Source: an uncultured Gammaproteobacteria bacterium (lineage in GTDB: Bacteria; Pseudomonadota; Gammaproteobacteria; CAWCPV01). Taken from it: a stretch of 64,000 nt of DNA. Positions 52,275-62,340 of the stretch are shown here, one piece after another (position 1 is the first letter of the stretch; every line of letters begins with the position of its first letter). The translations under genes and the position numbers were made by a program. The notes beneath the pieces were generated by a model. It searched no databases. It saw nothing but the letters and a program-made list of their open reading frames with translations, and was not told where the DNA came from. The stretch covers positions 576,001-640,000 of the forward strand of contig CAWCPV010000003.1 in assembly GCA_963797555.1 (NCBI GenBank), written 5' to 3'.

Positions 52275-52865
52275 TCAAATCATCGGCGGCTGCCCGCGGA
52301 ACACCCTATCCCAGTCGATGACGATCTGGGGCAGACTGGCCACCGCCAGGCTCTCCCTGGTCTCGCGTATGGCCGGCCGGCCATAGGCGCCATCTTCCAG
52401 GCGATAGACCGTCACCACGCGATCCACCGGGTGCACCAGCCAGTATTCCGGCACCCCCACCCGTTCGTACACCGCTAGTTTGAGTATCTGGTCGTACCCC
52501 GATGTCGCGGGGGAGAGCACCTCTACCACCCAGTCCGGCGTACCCCGGCAGCCGTGCTCGTCCAGCTTGAGCGGATCGCAGACCACAGCCAGATCGGGCT
52601 GCACCACCGTGTCGATGCGCTCATCCGCCTCCTCCCCCTTGGGCAGGCGCACATCGAAGGGGGCGATGTAAGGCCGGCAGGGCGAGCCTTCCAAAGCGTC
52701 GGCAACTTGACGGGCCAATTCCAAGAGTATCTCCTGATGCACCCGAGTCGGCGCCGGCGCCATGGCGTAGGCCGCGCCGTCGATCAGCTCGAAGCGGGCA
52801 CTCTCGCCCCACGTCAGATAGTCGGCATAGGTGTGATAGCCGGTGTCGCGCAGCGGCAGTCCCAT
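52275..52865 (-). CDS. Uma2 family (PD-(D/E)XK) putative endonuclease
   Basis: ELIDG..YAMAPAP..HQ, VVQPDL.VVCD, PDWVVEVLSPAT, K..VYERVGVPEYWLV. Confidence 0.93.
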   Translation of the reverse strand: MGLPLRDTGYHTYADYLTWGESARFELIDGAAYAMAPAPTRVHQEILLELARQVADALEGSPCRPYIAPFDVRLPKGEEADERIDTVVQPDLAVVCDPLKLDEHGCRGTPDWVVEVLSPATSGYDQILKLAVYERVGVPEYWLVHPVDRVVTVYRLEDGAYGRPAIRETRESLAVASLPQIVIDWDRVFRGQPPMI

Positions 52866-53472
52866 GACTGGTTTCCTTCGGGGGCCAAGTATCCTGGAAA
52901 ATTCTAGGCGCGACTTCGCTCACCGTCTATCCGGGGCCGGATCACGATGAGCGCCAGCCGGCAAGTAGGGGCACGGAGCGTCTTGTAGGTGGATGGCGCG
53001 AGCCGGCGAGCCGGTGAAAGAATGTCCGACACCCGCCCGAAGGGTGGGCGTCATCCGCGCGGTTTATGCCTTCGAATTGCGTGTACGATGGCGCAACTCA
53101 TGAGGGAGCCGTCATGGCTAGTGCTAAATTCCAACAGACCATGCCACACGAACCAAAGACGGTGCGCGCGTTAGTAAGCTTCCCGCGCGTGGATAACTTC
53201 CTGCGTCCACAGGCTTTTGGGGGGGTAAAACCAGTCCGTAGGCCACAACCCGTAGTGGGTCACCGTTCAGGGAGTACTACAACCAACAGCGGGTGCACAG
53301 CTCGCTCGGCGGAGCTACACGGGCGGAAGCGGGCGGTGACACCAGGATGCCCAGAGCGGGTCTCTATCAATTCCGCTGGCAGGCGCATTGTCGCGGACTG
53401 TTCCAACTGCCCGTTGCCGCATAATTAGCAATTCGCCAGGCACACGATAAACGATCACCGCAGGAGCAATCA

Positions 53473-55132
53473 ATGAACGACACCGAGAAATCCACGACCC
53501 AGAGCTTCTTCGAGAAGCTGGCCAGCCCGAAACGGCTGCTATCGACGTTGACCATCGCAGTCGGAATGGCGCTCGCGGCGAGCACGCTGCCCGCGTTGGC
53601 GCAGACCGCCGCCGCAGCCAAGAAGCCCAACATCGTCATCATCTGGGGCGCTGACATCGGCCAGACCAATGTCAGCGCCTACTCAATGGGACTGATGGGC
53701 TTTCACACGCCCAACATCGATCGTGTCGCCAAGGAAGGGATGATCTTCACTGACTACTATGCGGAGCAGAGTTGCACCGCCGGCCGCGCGTCGTTCATTA
53801 CCGGCCAGTCCGGACTTGCGTACCGGCTTGACCAAAGTCGGCATGCCGGGCGCCACGGTAGGGTTGCAGAAGGAGGATCCGACGATTGCAGAGCTGTTGA
53901 AGGCACAAGGCTATGCCACCGGCCAATTCGGCAAAAACCATCTGGGTGACCGCAATGAGAACCTGCCTACAGTGCACGGCTTCGACGAGTTCTACGGCAA
54001 CCTGTACCACTTGAACGCGGAGGAAGAGCCGGAACAGCCGGACTATCCGAAAGACCCGGCCTTCCGCGCCAAGTTCGGGCCGCGTGGCGTGATGGACTGC
54101 AAAGCCTCGGCCACGGACGAATCCGACCGTGGATCCTGCGCTTCGGCAAGGACGGAAAACAGATGTGCAAGGATACCGGTCCACTGACCAAGAAGCGGAT
54201 GGAGACCATCGACGATGACATCGCCGACCGAGCCGAGAAATAGGCAAGGCCGGCAAGCCATGTTTGTCTGGGTGAACTTCACCCACATGCACTTCCGCAC
54301 CCACACCAAGCCGGAAAGCATCGGCCAGTCCGGGCGCTGGCAGGGTCCTTATCACGACACGATGATCGACCACGACAAGAATGTCGGCACGGTCCTCAAA
54401 GCACTGGATGAACTGGGGATCGCGGACAATACATTCGTCATGTACTCGACCGACAACGGGCCACACATGAACTCCTGGCCGGACGCAGCGATGACGCCGT
54501 TCCGCAGCGAGAAGAACTCGAACTGGGAAGGCGCTTACCGGGTGCCCGCCATGGTCCGCTGGCCGGGTCAAGATCAAGCCCGGCAGCGTGTCGAACGAGA
54601 TCTGTCGCTCACCTCGACTGGCTACCGACATTTCTGGCCATGGCTGGCGACCCGCAAATGAAGGAACAGCTGCTCAAGGGCTACAAGATCGGCAACATGA
54701 CCTACAAGGTTCATCTGGATGGCGACAACTTGGTGCCCTACCTGACCGGGCAAGCCGCAAAGAGCCCGCGGGAATCGTTCTTTTACATCAACGACGACCA
54801 GCAACTGACCGGCCTGCGCTATGACAACTGGAAACTCGTGTTCATGGAGCAGCGGACCCCTGGAACGATGCGATCTGGGCGAACCCGTTCACCAACTTGC
54901 GGCTCCCGAAGATATTCAACCTCCGCATGGACCCGTACGAACGCGCGCAGACGTCACCTCGAACACGTACTGGGACTGGGTGATCGACCATGCTTTCCTG
55001 ATGGTGCCCGCGCAGGCCTATGTGGGCAAGTTCCTGGCGACCTTCAAGGAATACCCGCCGCGACAGAAGGCGGCCAGCTTCAACATGGATGAAGTTCTTC
55101 AAAAGCTGCAGGAGAGCGACGGATCGAAGTAG
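53473..55132 (+). pseudogene. Arylsulfatase (Cys-type), multiply frameshifted (pseudogene or read errors)
   Basis: [49 protein letters not shown] spread over at least five ORFs. Confidence 0.85.
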
Positions 55133-55195
55133 CCCGGATGCGTGCGGGGCGCTGCCCGAGCGCCCCCCCATTCACTCGCATCAAGAGGGCCATTG

Positions 55196-56823
55196 ATGAG
55201 AAGCGCACTGATGAAAATTCTGCTCCCCCTGCTGCTGCTCACACACGCGGCCTTTGCCGCCGACCCGCTTCCCTCCTGGAACGACGGACCGACAAAGAGG
55301 GGATCATCAGCTTCGTGGAGAAGGTGACGAACGAAGGCTCCTCCGACTTCGTCCCGCCGCCCAGCGCATCGCGGTCTTCGACAACGACGGCACGCTCTGG
55401 TGCGAGCAGCCGATGCCCGTTCAGTTGTACTTCGCCCTCGACCGCGTCAAGGCGCTCGCGCCGCAGCATCCGGAATGGAAGGACAAGGAACCCTTCGCCT
55501 CGCTGCTCAAGGGTGATGTGAAAACCGCACTCGCCGGCGGCGACCGCGCGTTGCTGGAACTTTATGGCCACGCACGCAGGAATGACCACGGAGGAATTCG
55601 AGAAGATCGTGAAGGATTGGATTGCCACCGCGAAGCATCCGAAGACCGGCAAGCTTTACACCGAGATGGTGTATCAGCCGATGCTCGAAGTGCTCGCTTA
55701 CCTGCGCGCGAACGGCTTCAAGAACTTCATTGTCTCCGGCGGCGGCATCGAGTTCATGCGCCCGTGGGCGGAGAAAGTCTATGGCATTCCGCCGGAGCAG
55801 GTCGTGGGCAGCAGCATCAAGACCAAATTTGAGATGCGCGACGGCAAGCCGGTGCTGGTCCGCCTGCCCGAGCTGAACTTCATCGACGACAAGGCCGGCA
55901 AGCCCGTCGGCATCAACCAGCACATCGGTCGCCGCCCCATCGCCGCCTTCGGCAATTCCACGGGCGACCGGGAGATGCTGGAATACACGCAGGGCGGCAG
56001 CGGCGCGCGGTTCATGCTGCTGGTGTTGCACGATGATGCGGCGCGCGAATACGCCTATGGCCCGGCCCTGGGATTGCCGGACGTCAAGCTGGGCGCCTTC
56101 ACGCCGGCGCTGTACGCGCAAGCAAAGAAGGATGGCTGGACCGTCGTGAGCATGAAGGACGACTGGAAGGCCGTCTTCCCTTCCTCACCCGCTGCGGTCA
56201 CGGCCGTTGACATCCTGCTGGAGCCGGACGCCACGATGCTCCAGCACGCCGAAGCCAACAACGCCCGCCTGCTCAAGGTCTTCCCGAAAGGCTTCGCCCT
56301 GGATGCAACGCACCGTCCGCACATCACGCTGATTCAGCGTTTCGTTCGTACAGCGGATCTCGACAAGGTCTACGCCGCCGCCGGCCAGGTTCTCGCCCGC
56401 GCCAATGTGAACGGCATGAAGTTGGAGGCCTTCAAGTACTACTACATCCCGACCAAGGACCTTGGCCTCTCGGGCATTGTCGCGAGGCCGACCCCTGAAT
56501 TGATCAAGCTGCAACAGGAGTTGATTGCCGCCGTGGCCCCGTTCACGGTGGAAACCGGCACGTGGGCCGCCTTCGTCACCACACCCGACGATCCGAACAA
56601 CGCGGCGTTGATCGAATACGTTTCGGTGTTCGTTCCGAAGTCTTCCGGCGAGCATTTCAATCCGCATGTCACCACCGGCATCGCCCCCCGGGTATACCTC
56701 GACAAGATGCTCACCGAGCCGTTCGAGTCGTTCACCTTCTCGCCGGCCGGCGCCGCCGTTTACCAACTCGGCCAGTTCGGCACGGCTGCGAAGAAACTCG
56801 AGCAGTTGGATTTGAAGCCGTGA
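55196..56823 (+). CDS. Secreted HAD-family phosphatase fused to a 2H-phosphoesterase-like domain (5' frameshifts)
   Basis: Signal peptide, LPSWNDG, FDNDGTLW, VSGGG, AAFGNS.GD, VSMKDDW; C-terminal HITL and HVTT motifs. Confidence 0.8.
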
Positions 56824-56834
56824 AGCGCTGGGAA

Positions 56835-57255
56835 CATACCGCCATGCGCTTGCTGTCGATGTCGTCGACTTTCAGCGCCACCACCTCCGAGGCGCGCAGG
56901 CCCGCCCCGTAAGCCACCGCCAGCGCCGCCTTGTACTTCAGCCCCGGCGCCGATTCCAGCAGGCGCATGATCTCCTCGGGGCTCAAGATCACCGGCAGCT
57001 TGCGCGGCTCGTGCACATGGCTCACCTTCGCCATCACCTCACCGTGCCCGACGGTCACCTCGAAGAAAAACTGCAACGCCGTCACCGCGGAATTCAGACT
57101 CGGGCTGCCCACGCCGCTCTCGACCAGATGGAGCTGAAAGCGGCGCAGATCCTCCGCCGTGGCCGTATCGGGGAACGTTTGAGAAAGCCCGTGAGGGTCT
57201 TCACCCACCGGATATAGTGGCTCTGGGTCTCGGACGAGAGCTTGCTTCCCGCTAA
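56835..57255 (-). pseudogene. Truncated tyrosine recombinase/integrase (SAM-like N-terminus)
   Basis: TQSHYIRWV..PDTATAEDLRRFQLHL, KLPVILSPEE, YGAGLRASEV..LKVDDIDSKRM, then cut before HxxR and the catalytic Tyr. Confidence 0.85.
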
Positions 57256-58000
57256 TGCACCTAGCCGCAGCCCGCCTCCCCCTACCGCGCGAGCGGTATA
57301 GTCCCTCGACCTTTATCGGACGTTCCAGCAGGGCAATGATCCCGTCTCGAAATGCACGGCTCGGCGAGGTAGGCGACGTGACCGACAAGCACCCGGCACC
57401 CCGCGTCCCTCAGGTGGCAACGATGTCGTTGGCAAACGAGCCGGGATGCCAAAGGCGATGGCGCAGAGGAGCTGAGGGCTTGGGAACCGATCTGCTGCGC
57501 GTCCCGATAGCGGCGTCGCACGGTGGTCATGGCGCACCTCCCCCTGTACGCCACCCTTTTGGGGCGTCCTGCGGACGTGCCGAATGGCTATCCTGCCATT
57601 CGGTCGCTCCTCGTCTATTTGTTACTGGACAGGTCTCGTCGCTGGGCTCCGTGCGCCACGTTCTAGAGCCCCTCCGTCCCCTGTCACACACGCGAACGGG
57701 AACGCCGCACCTTGACAGCTCTGCGAACACTGTCTATACATCATTCCCGTGGCGGGTAGTCTCCGCCTATGTGGGTCCGATAACGGCAAACCCGCCGAAA
57801 GGTTGGGGCGCAAAGCTTCCGGGTCTAAAGCTCCGAACGGGCTACGACGGCCGGGCTACCGAAGACCAACGACGTTGGCGCCAGGTTGGTCCGGTATCTC
57901 GGGTCACCTGGCGTTTTCGTTTTCTGCGCTCAGGCGCCTCTGAACAACAACGCGCGAGGGGGCCTCAAGGTGTCACGGGGCCTCCAGTGGAGGGGGGCAT

Positions 58001-58522
58001 ATGGACGAGGTCCGCCTCGTCGCCCGTGTGCCGGACGAGAATGGCCCGCGGCGCCGAGCGTTCTGGGAGCCGCAGCCTGCGCCCGAATACCTGCTGATGA
58101 AGCCGTCTTCCAGCGCGTGGGGGACCACTTCTGCCAGCGCATCGCGCAATTCCCGGAGGACATCCCCTCGCATACCGTGGAGAGTGCTCCTGCACCTGCG
58201 TCGTCTGCACGCCGAGGCGGCGTTCTCTGCCCTCGTGAACCTGTTCATCGGGCTCGGAGACAGATCGTCCGTCCCGCGAGCACGTGTTAGACCTGGCTGC
58301 GCGTGTCATAACCTGCACGCAGTTCGCAGCCCTGCGCAGATTCCTGGAAACGGCGCTGACGGCGAACGATCCTGCTGCCGCCGACGCCCCAATCGGTGCT
58401 CACCCGGTGTCTCAGCGGTACACCCGACCGCAAGAGCTTCGCGGACATGGCGTCGCGCCGACGAGTCGCCGGAAGCGGCTCAAACCTGGGCGGCCCTCGC
58501 CGCGATGTTCTCGGCGGACTAA
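58001..58522 (+). pseudogene. Frameshifted hypothetical gene heading the GTPase module
   Basis: GGAGG RBS and ATG; frames join as DHFCQRIAQFPEDIPSH / RVLLHL..FSALVNLFIGLG / LDLAARVI..LRRFLETAL. Confidence 0.5.
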
Positions 58523-58564
58523 CGGAAGGATGCGCTGCAGTTCTGAACAAGAGAGGTCGGTGAA

Positions 58565-59794
58565 ATGCCACTACGCGTTGCCACCTTGGGTATGGACGAT
58601 CGCTCGCGGGCCGCTTTGGACCTGGTTTTCAGGGGCCCCGGAAAGGGCGCCTTCGTCGTGGCGGACGAGGCATCCGCAGACGTCACGCTCGTCGACATGG
58701 ATGGAGGGGGTGCCGCGGAGCTGTGGGCTGGATACCGCGAGCGCTTACCCGAACGCCCCAGCATCGTGCTCTCGGTGCGGGAGCATGCAGAAACGGATGC
58801 GTTGTTTCTTTTGAAACCGTTGCGCATCGCGGATCTACTCCAGACACTGCAGGACATCAGCACCGGCGCGACAGAGCGCAAGCCGACAGGGGCGCAGTCC
58901 CCCGCCGCGGAAACCGTAACGCCATCGACGCGGCCGGGCATGGCCGAGGTTTCCGGTACACACCCCGGCGGGGGAGCCCGTCGAACGAAGGCTGCCCGAC
59001 GCGCGACCCTGGCTATCGAGCGGGAAGCCGTGAGTCGTTACGAGCAAACCATCCCCGATCTCCCCGACGTGGATCTCCGGGACCCGGAAGATTTGAGGAA
59101 GCTGTTCTTCTCCCTCGACGACTACGCAGGTGGGCGTGTGGTCCGCGAGATCAGGGCTGCTCTGTCCGATGGTGCGGCTCGGGAGGTCGCGGCGTGGAAC
59201 GGCCGCATCGTCGTCCTGCCACGCACCCAGCAGATCCTTACCGACCTGAGCGATACGCGGCTGAAGCAGTTCGCCTTGGTGCGCCTGACCGGTCTGGACG
59301 CGCCCGAGGCGGGCATGCTGCCCTTCGAGCTCCGATCCAAGGCGCTGCGCAAGAAGGAACAGGTCGAAGCCCTCGAGGCAGAGGCGCCACCCGGCATGCA
59401 CCGCACGCCGATCGATGCCTTCCTGTGGAAGCTCACGGCCTGGGTCGCCCGGGGCCGCATCCCCATCGGGACCAACCCGACCCTCCCCGCTGTCTTGCGG
59501 CATTGGCCCAACCTGACGCGGCTGCTTCTTCTGCCCGACGCGATGCGCATCGCCGCTCTGTGGATCGACCAGCCGCGCTCTTTGTTCAATACGGCCAAGG
59601 CGCTGAAGATCCCCCTCGCCCACGTGCTGACTTTCTACAGCGCCGCCCACGCGATCGATCTCATCACGTTGCCCAAGCGCCAAGTGGACTTTCTGTTCCA
59701 GCCTGAGCCGGTTAGAGAACACCGCGGGCGCGGACTCTTCGCGCGCATTCTGGACCAGCTCCGGGGTGCGGCCACGGCCGAAGAGGCATCCTAA
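58565..59794 (+). CDS. Degenerate receiver domain plus PATAN/wHTH-like protein
   Basis: N-terminal ADVTLVDMDG..SIVLS..FLLKPL; C-terminal FLWK...ARGRIP..LRHWPNLTRL..FYSAAHAI. Confidence 0.75.
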   Translation: MPLRVATLGMDDRSRAALDLVFRGPGKGAFVVADEASADVTLVDMDGGGAAELWAGYRERLPERPSIVLSVREHAETDALFLLKPLRIADLLQTLQDISTGATERKPTGAQSPAAETVTPSTRPGMAEVSGTHPGGGARRTKAARRATLAIEREAVSRYEQTIPDLPDVDLRDPEDLRKLFFSLDDYAGGRVVREIRAALSDGAAREVAAWNGRIVVLPRTQQILTDLSDTRLKQFALVRLTGLDAPEAGMLPFELRSKALRKKEQVEALEAEAPPGMHRTPIDAFLWKLTAWVARGRIPIGTNPTLPAVLRHWPNLTRLLLLPDAMRIAALWIDQPRSLFNTAKALKIPLAHVLTFYSAAHAIDLITLPKRQVDFLFQPEPVREHRGRGLFARILDQLRGAATAEEAS

Positions 59795-59812
59795 AGCCAG
59801 GGAGCACACGAG

Positions 59813-60349
59813 ATGGAACACAACAAGATCATCTTCACGGGACCTGTTGGCGTGGGAAAGACGACAGCCATCAACGCTCTCAGCGATATCCCGACGGTCA
59901 TGACCGACGCCCAGAGCACGGACATGACGGCCGCGGGGAAGACCCAGACGACGGTCGCCCTGGACTACGGGGTCATGAAGCTGTCCGGAGACGAGCGCAT
60001 TCACCTGTACGGCACCCCGGGGCAGGAACGTTTCGACTTCATGTGGGACATCCTCACCGAGGGCGGCATCGGGCTCGTGCTGCTCCTCGACAATACCCGC
60101 GCCGAGCCCTTTCGGGATTTGCGGTTCTTCCTCAAGTCCTTCGAAAAATTCATTGCGGGCGCAAGGCTCGCAGTAGGCGTGACGCGCATGGATCTCAAAG
60201 CCGCCCCGAGCATCGAGGAATACCACCGGCAGTTCTATGGGGCGAGCCTTAAGCCGCCCATCTTCGAGGTCGATGCGCGCCAACGCCGGGACGTGGTACT
60301 GCTCATCCAGGCGCTGCTCTACTCCCTGGACCCGGGTCTGCAGGACTGA
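59813..60349 (+). CDS. Small P-loop GTPase, MglA/CvnD (ATP_bind_1) family
   Basis: GPVGVGKTT, TTVALDYG, LYGTPGQERFDFMW, VTRMD, VDAR. Confidence 0.92.
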   Translation: MEHNKIIFTGPVGVGKTTAINALSDIPTVMTDAQSTDMTAAGKTQTTVALDYGVMKLSGDERIHLYGTPGQERFDFMWDILTEGGIGLVLLLDNTRAEPFRDLRFFLKSFEKFIAGARLAVGVTRMDLKAAPSIEEYHRQFYGASLKPPIFEVDARQRRDVVLLIQALLYSLDPGLQD

Positions 60350-60784
60350 CGCCGCAATATCGCCTCGCCAGCAGTCTCTATCTCGCGCGGACGCGATCTC
60401 CAAGGCCCTGTGGCCGACGGCTTTCGGCGGTCCTCCTCAATAAGCCCTTGGCGCTGGACCAGCTCGACAAGTAGCCGGGCAACCCCGTAGGCTCCAGCGT
60501 CCCTCCGCCGGCGCCTACGGTGTCCGCCATCACGCGGAGCGGCTGTCCGTGCGCAGGCGCTCTGCTATTGTCCTGGCCCGAGGCTTGCCTTAATATGCCG
60601 CGGGGCTTCTGGGCAGTCGTCGGTCAGCGACGCTCGGAGTCGGGCCCTGGCCGCTGAGCGCCGGGGTTGCCGTCGGGCGAGGCCGTCACGCGGAGGGGTG
60701 CGCGTGGGCTGTCGCAGATTGCGGTCCGACTCTGCTTGGCGCTCCTTCCTCAACCAGGCCCACCTTGACAATGCGACCGCAGCC

Positions 60785-62161
60785 ATGAACCTCTTCCGTA
60801 CCAAGGACCCCAACGCCGAGCACAACAGACCGAGCGCGCTGCGCAAGGTGCTGGGACCGGTGGACCTTACGCTGATGGGCATCGGCGCCATCATCGGAGC
60901 GGGAATCTTCGTGCTGACGGGCATTGCCGCCGCGACCCAGGCGGGGCCCGGCATCGTCCTGTCCTTCGTCGTCTCGGGCCTGGCCTGTGCGTTCAGCGCG
61001 CTCGCCTACGCGGAGCTTGCAGCATCCATCGGTGGGTGCGGCAGCGCTTACGGTTATGCCTATGCGGGACTCGGCGAGCTCATCGCCTGGATCATTGGTT
61101 GGGACCTCATCCTCGAGTACGGGGTGGCCACCTCCGCCGTAGCCATCGGTTGGTCAGGTTACTTCAACAACGCGCTCACCGCCCTGGGGCTGCCCCTGCC
61201 CGAGTACCTCCTCCACGGGCCCGCGGAGGGGGGCATCATCAACCTGCCCGCCGCCACGATCATCCTGAGCCTAGGGGTACTGCTCGCCATCGGCGTGCGT
61301 GTGAGCGCTCAGTTCAACGCGGCCATGGTGTTCATCAAGCTCATGGCCATCGCCGTCTTCGTAAGCGTCGCCCTGCCCCACGTCCGACTGGCCCATTGGC
61401 AACCTTTCCTGCCGTATGGGTGGACCGGCGTCATGCATGGAGCCGCGCTGATCTTCTTCGCCTACATCGGGTTCGACGCGGTGTCGACGGCCGCCGAAGA
61501 GGCTCGTAATCCGCAGCGCGATCTGCCCATCGGCATCCTGACATCGCTGGCTATCTGCACCTTCATCTACGTGTTGGTCGCTGCGCTCCTGACCGGCATC
61601 GTGCCCTACCACACTCTGGACGTCCCCTCGCCAGTAGCCGACGCGCTCCTTCGGATCGGATACCACTGGGCCTCCGCACTGATCGCGGCGGGCGCCATCG
61701 CGGGCCTGACCACCGTGATGTTGGTCCTGTATTACGGCCTGACGCGCATCTTCCTGGCGATGTCCCGGGACGGTTTGCTGCCTCCGGTGTTTGCGACCGT
61801 CCATCCGCGCCGACAGACCCCGGTGAGGGTAATCCTCGCCGCCGGGATATTCATGGCGTCGGTCGCCGGCCTCACTCCCATTCACGCCGTGGCGGAGCTG
61901 GTGAACATCGGCACCCTCGCAGCCTTCGTACTGGTCTGCCTCGGGGTGGTGGTGCTCCGGGTCACCAAACCGGAGATGCCGCGCCCCTTCATGACCCCCT
62001 TGACGCCGCTGGTGCCCCTACTGGGCGTCGCGTTCTGTCTCTATCTGATGGCCAGCTTGCCCCTAGTCACCTGGCTGAGGTTCGTGATCTGGATGGCCAT
62101 CGGCTTGGTGGTCTACTTCGGCTACTCCCAGACCCACAGTGAGCTCGCCGAAGAGATGTGA
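60785..62161 (+). CDS. APC family amino acid permease
   Basis: GIGAIIGAGIFVLTG, YAELAA, GSAY.Y, FFAYIGFDAVSTAAEE..NPQRDLP. Confidence 0.95.
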   Translation: MNLFRTKDPNAEHNRPSALRKVLGPVDLTLMGIGAIIGAGIFVLTGIAAATQAGPGIVLSFVVSGLACAFSALAYAELAASIGGCGSAYGYAYAGLGELIAWIIGWDLILEYGVATSAVAIGWSGYFNNALTALGLPLPEYLLHGPAEGGIINLPAATIILSLGVLLAIGVRVSAQFNAAMVFIKLMAIAVFVSVALPHVRLAHWQPFLPYGWTGVMHGAALIFFAYIGFDAVSTAAEEARNPQRDLPIGILTSLAICTFIYVLVAALLTGIVPYHTLDVPSPVADALLRIGYHWASALIAAGAIAGLTTVMLVLYYGLTRIFLAMSRDGLLPPVFATVHPRRQTPVRVILAAGIFMASVAGLTPIHAVAELVNIGTLAAFVLVCLGVVVLRVTKPEMPRPFMTPLTPLVPLLGVAFCLYLMASLPLVTWLRFVIWMAIGLVVYFGYSQTHSELAEEM

Positions 62162-62340
62162 GGAGCCACCCTGCGCGGGGCCGTCGGGAACCTTACAGAG
62201 CTTGTGCAATGCGTAGATGGTGCACATCCCGCCAGCCGGCCGCGCGGTGCGCGCTCCTCGCCTCTGTAACCGGATAGTCTCGTCGCTGCGCGCGGTAGGC
62301 CTTGCTCCGGGACCGCTCGGGACGATTTCCCCGCGAGCGC

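Noticed and set aside
52275-52865. Uma2 as part of a defence system
   Set aside because: Stand-alone gene with no methylase or other defence partners adjacent.
62197-62206. Further MITE end (agagcttgtg)
   Set aside because: Only a 10-nt match with no TGA target or element body.
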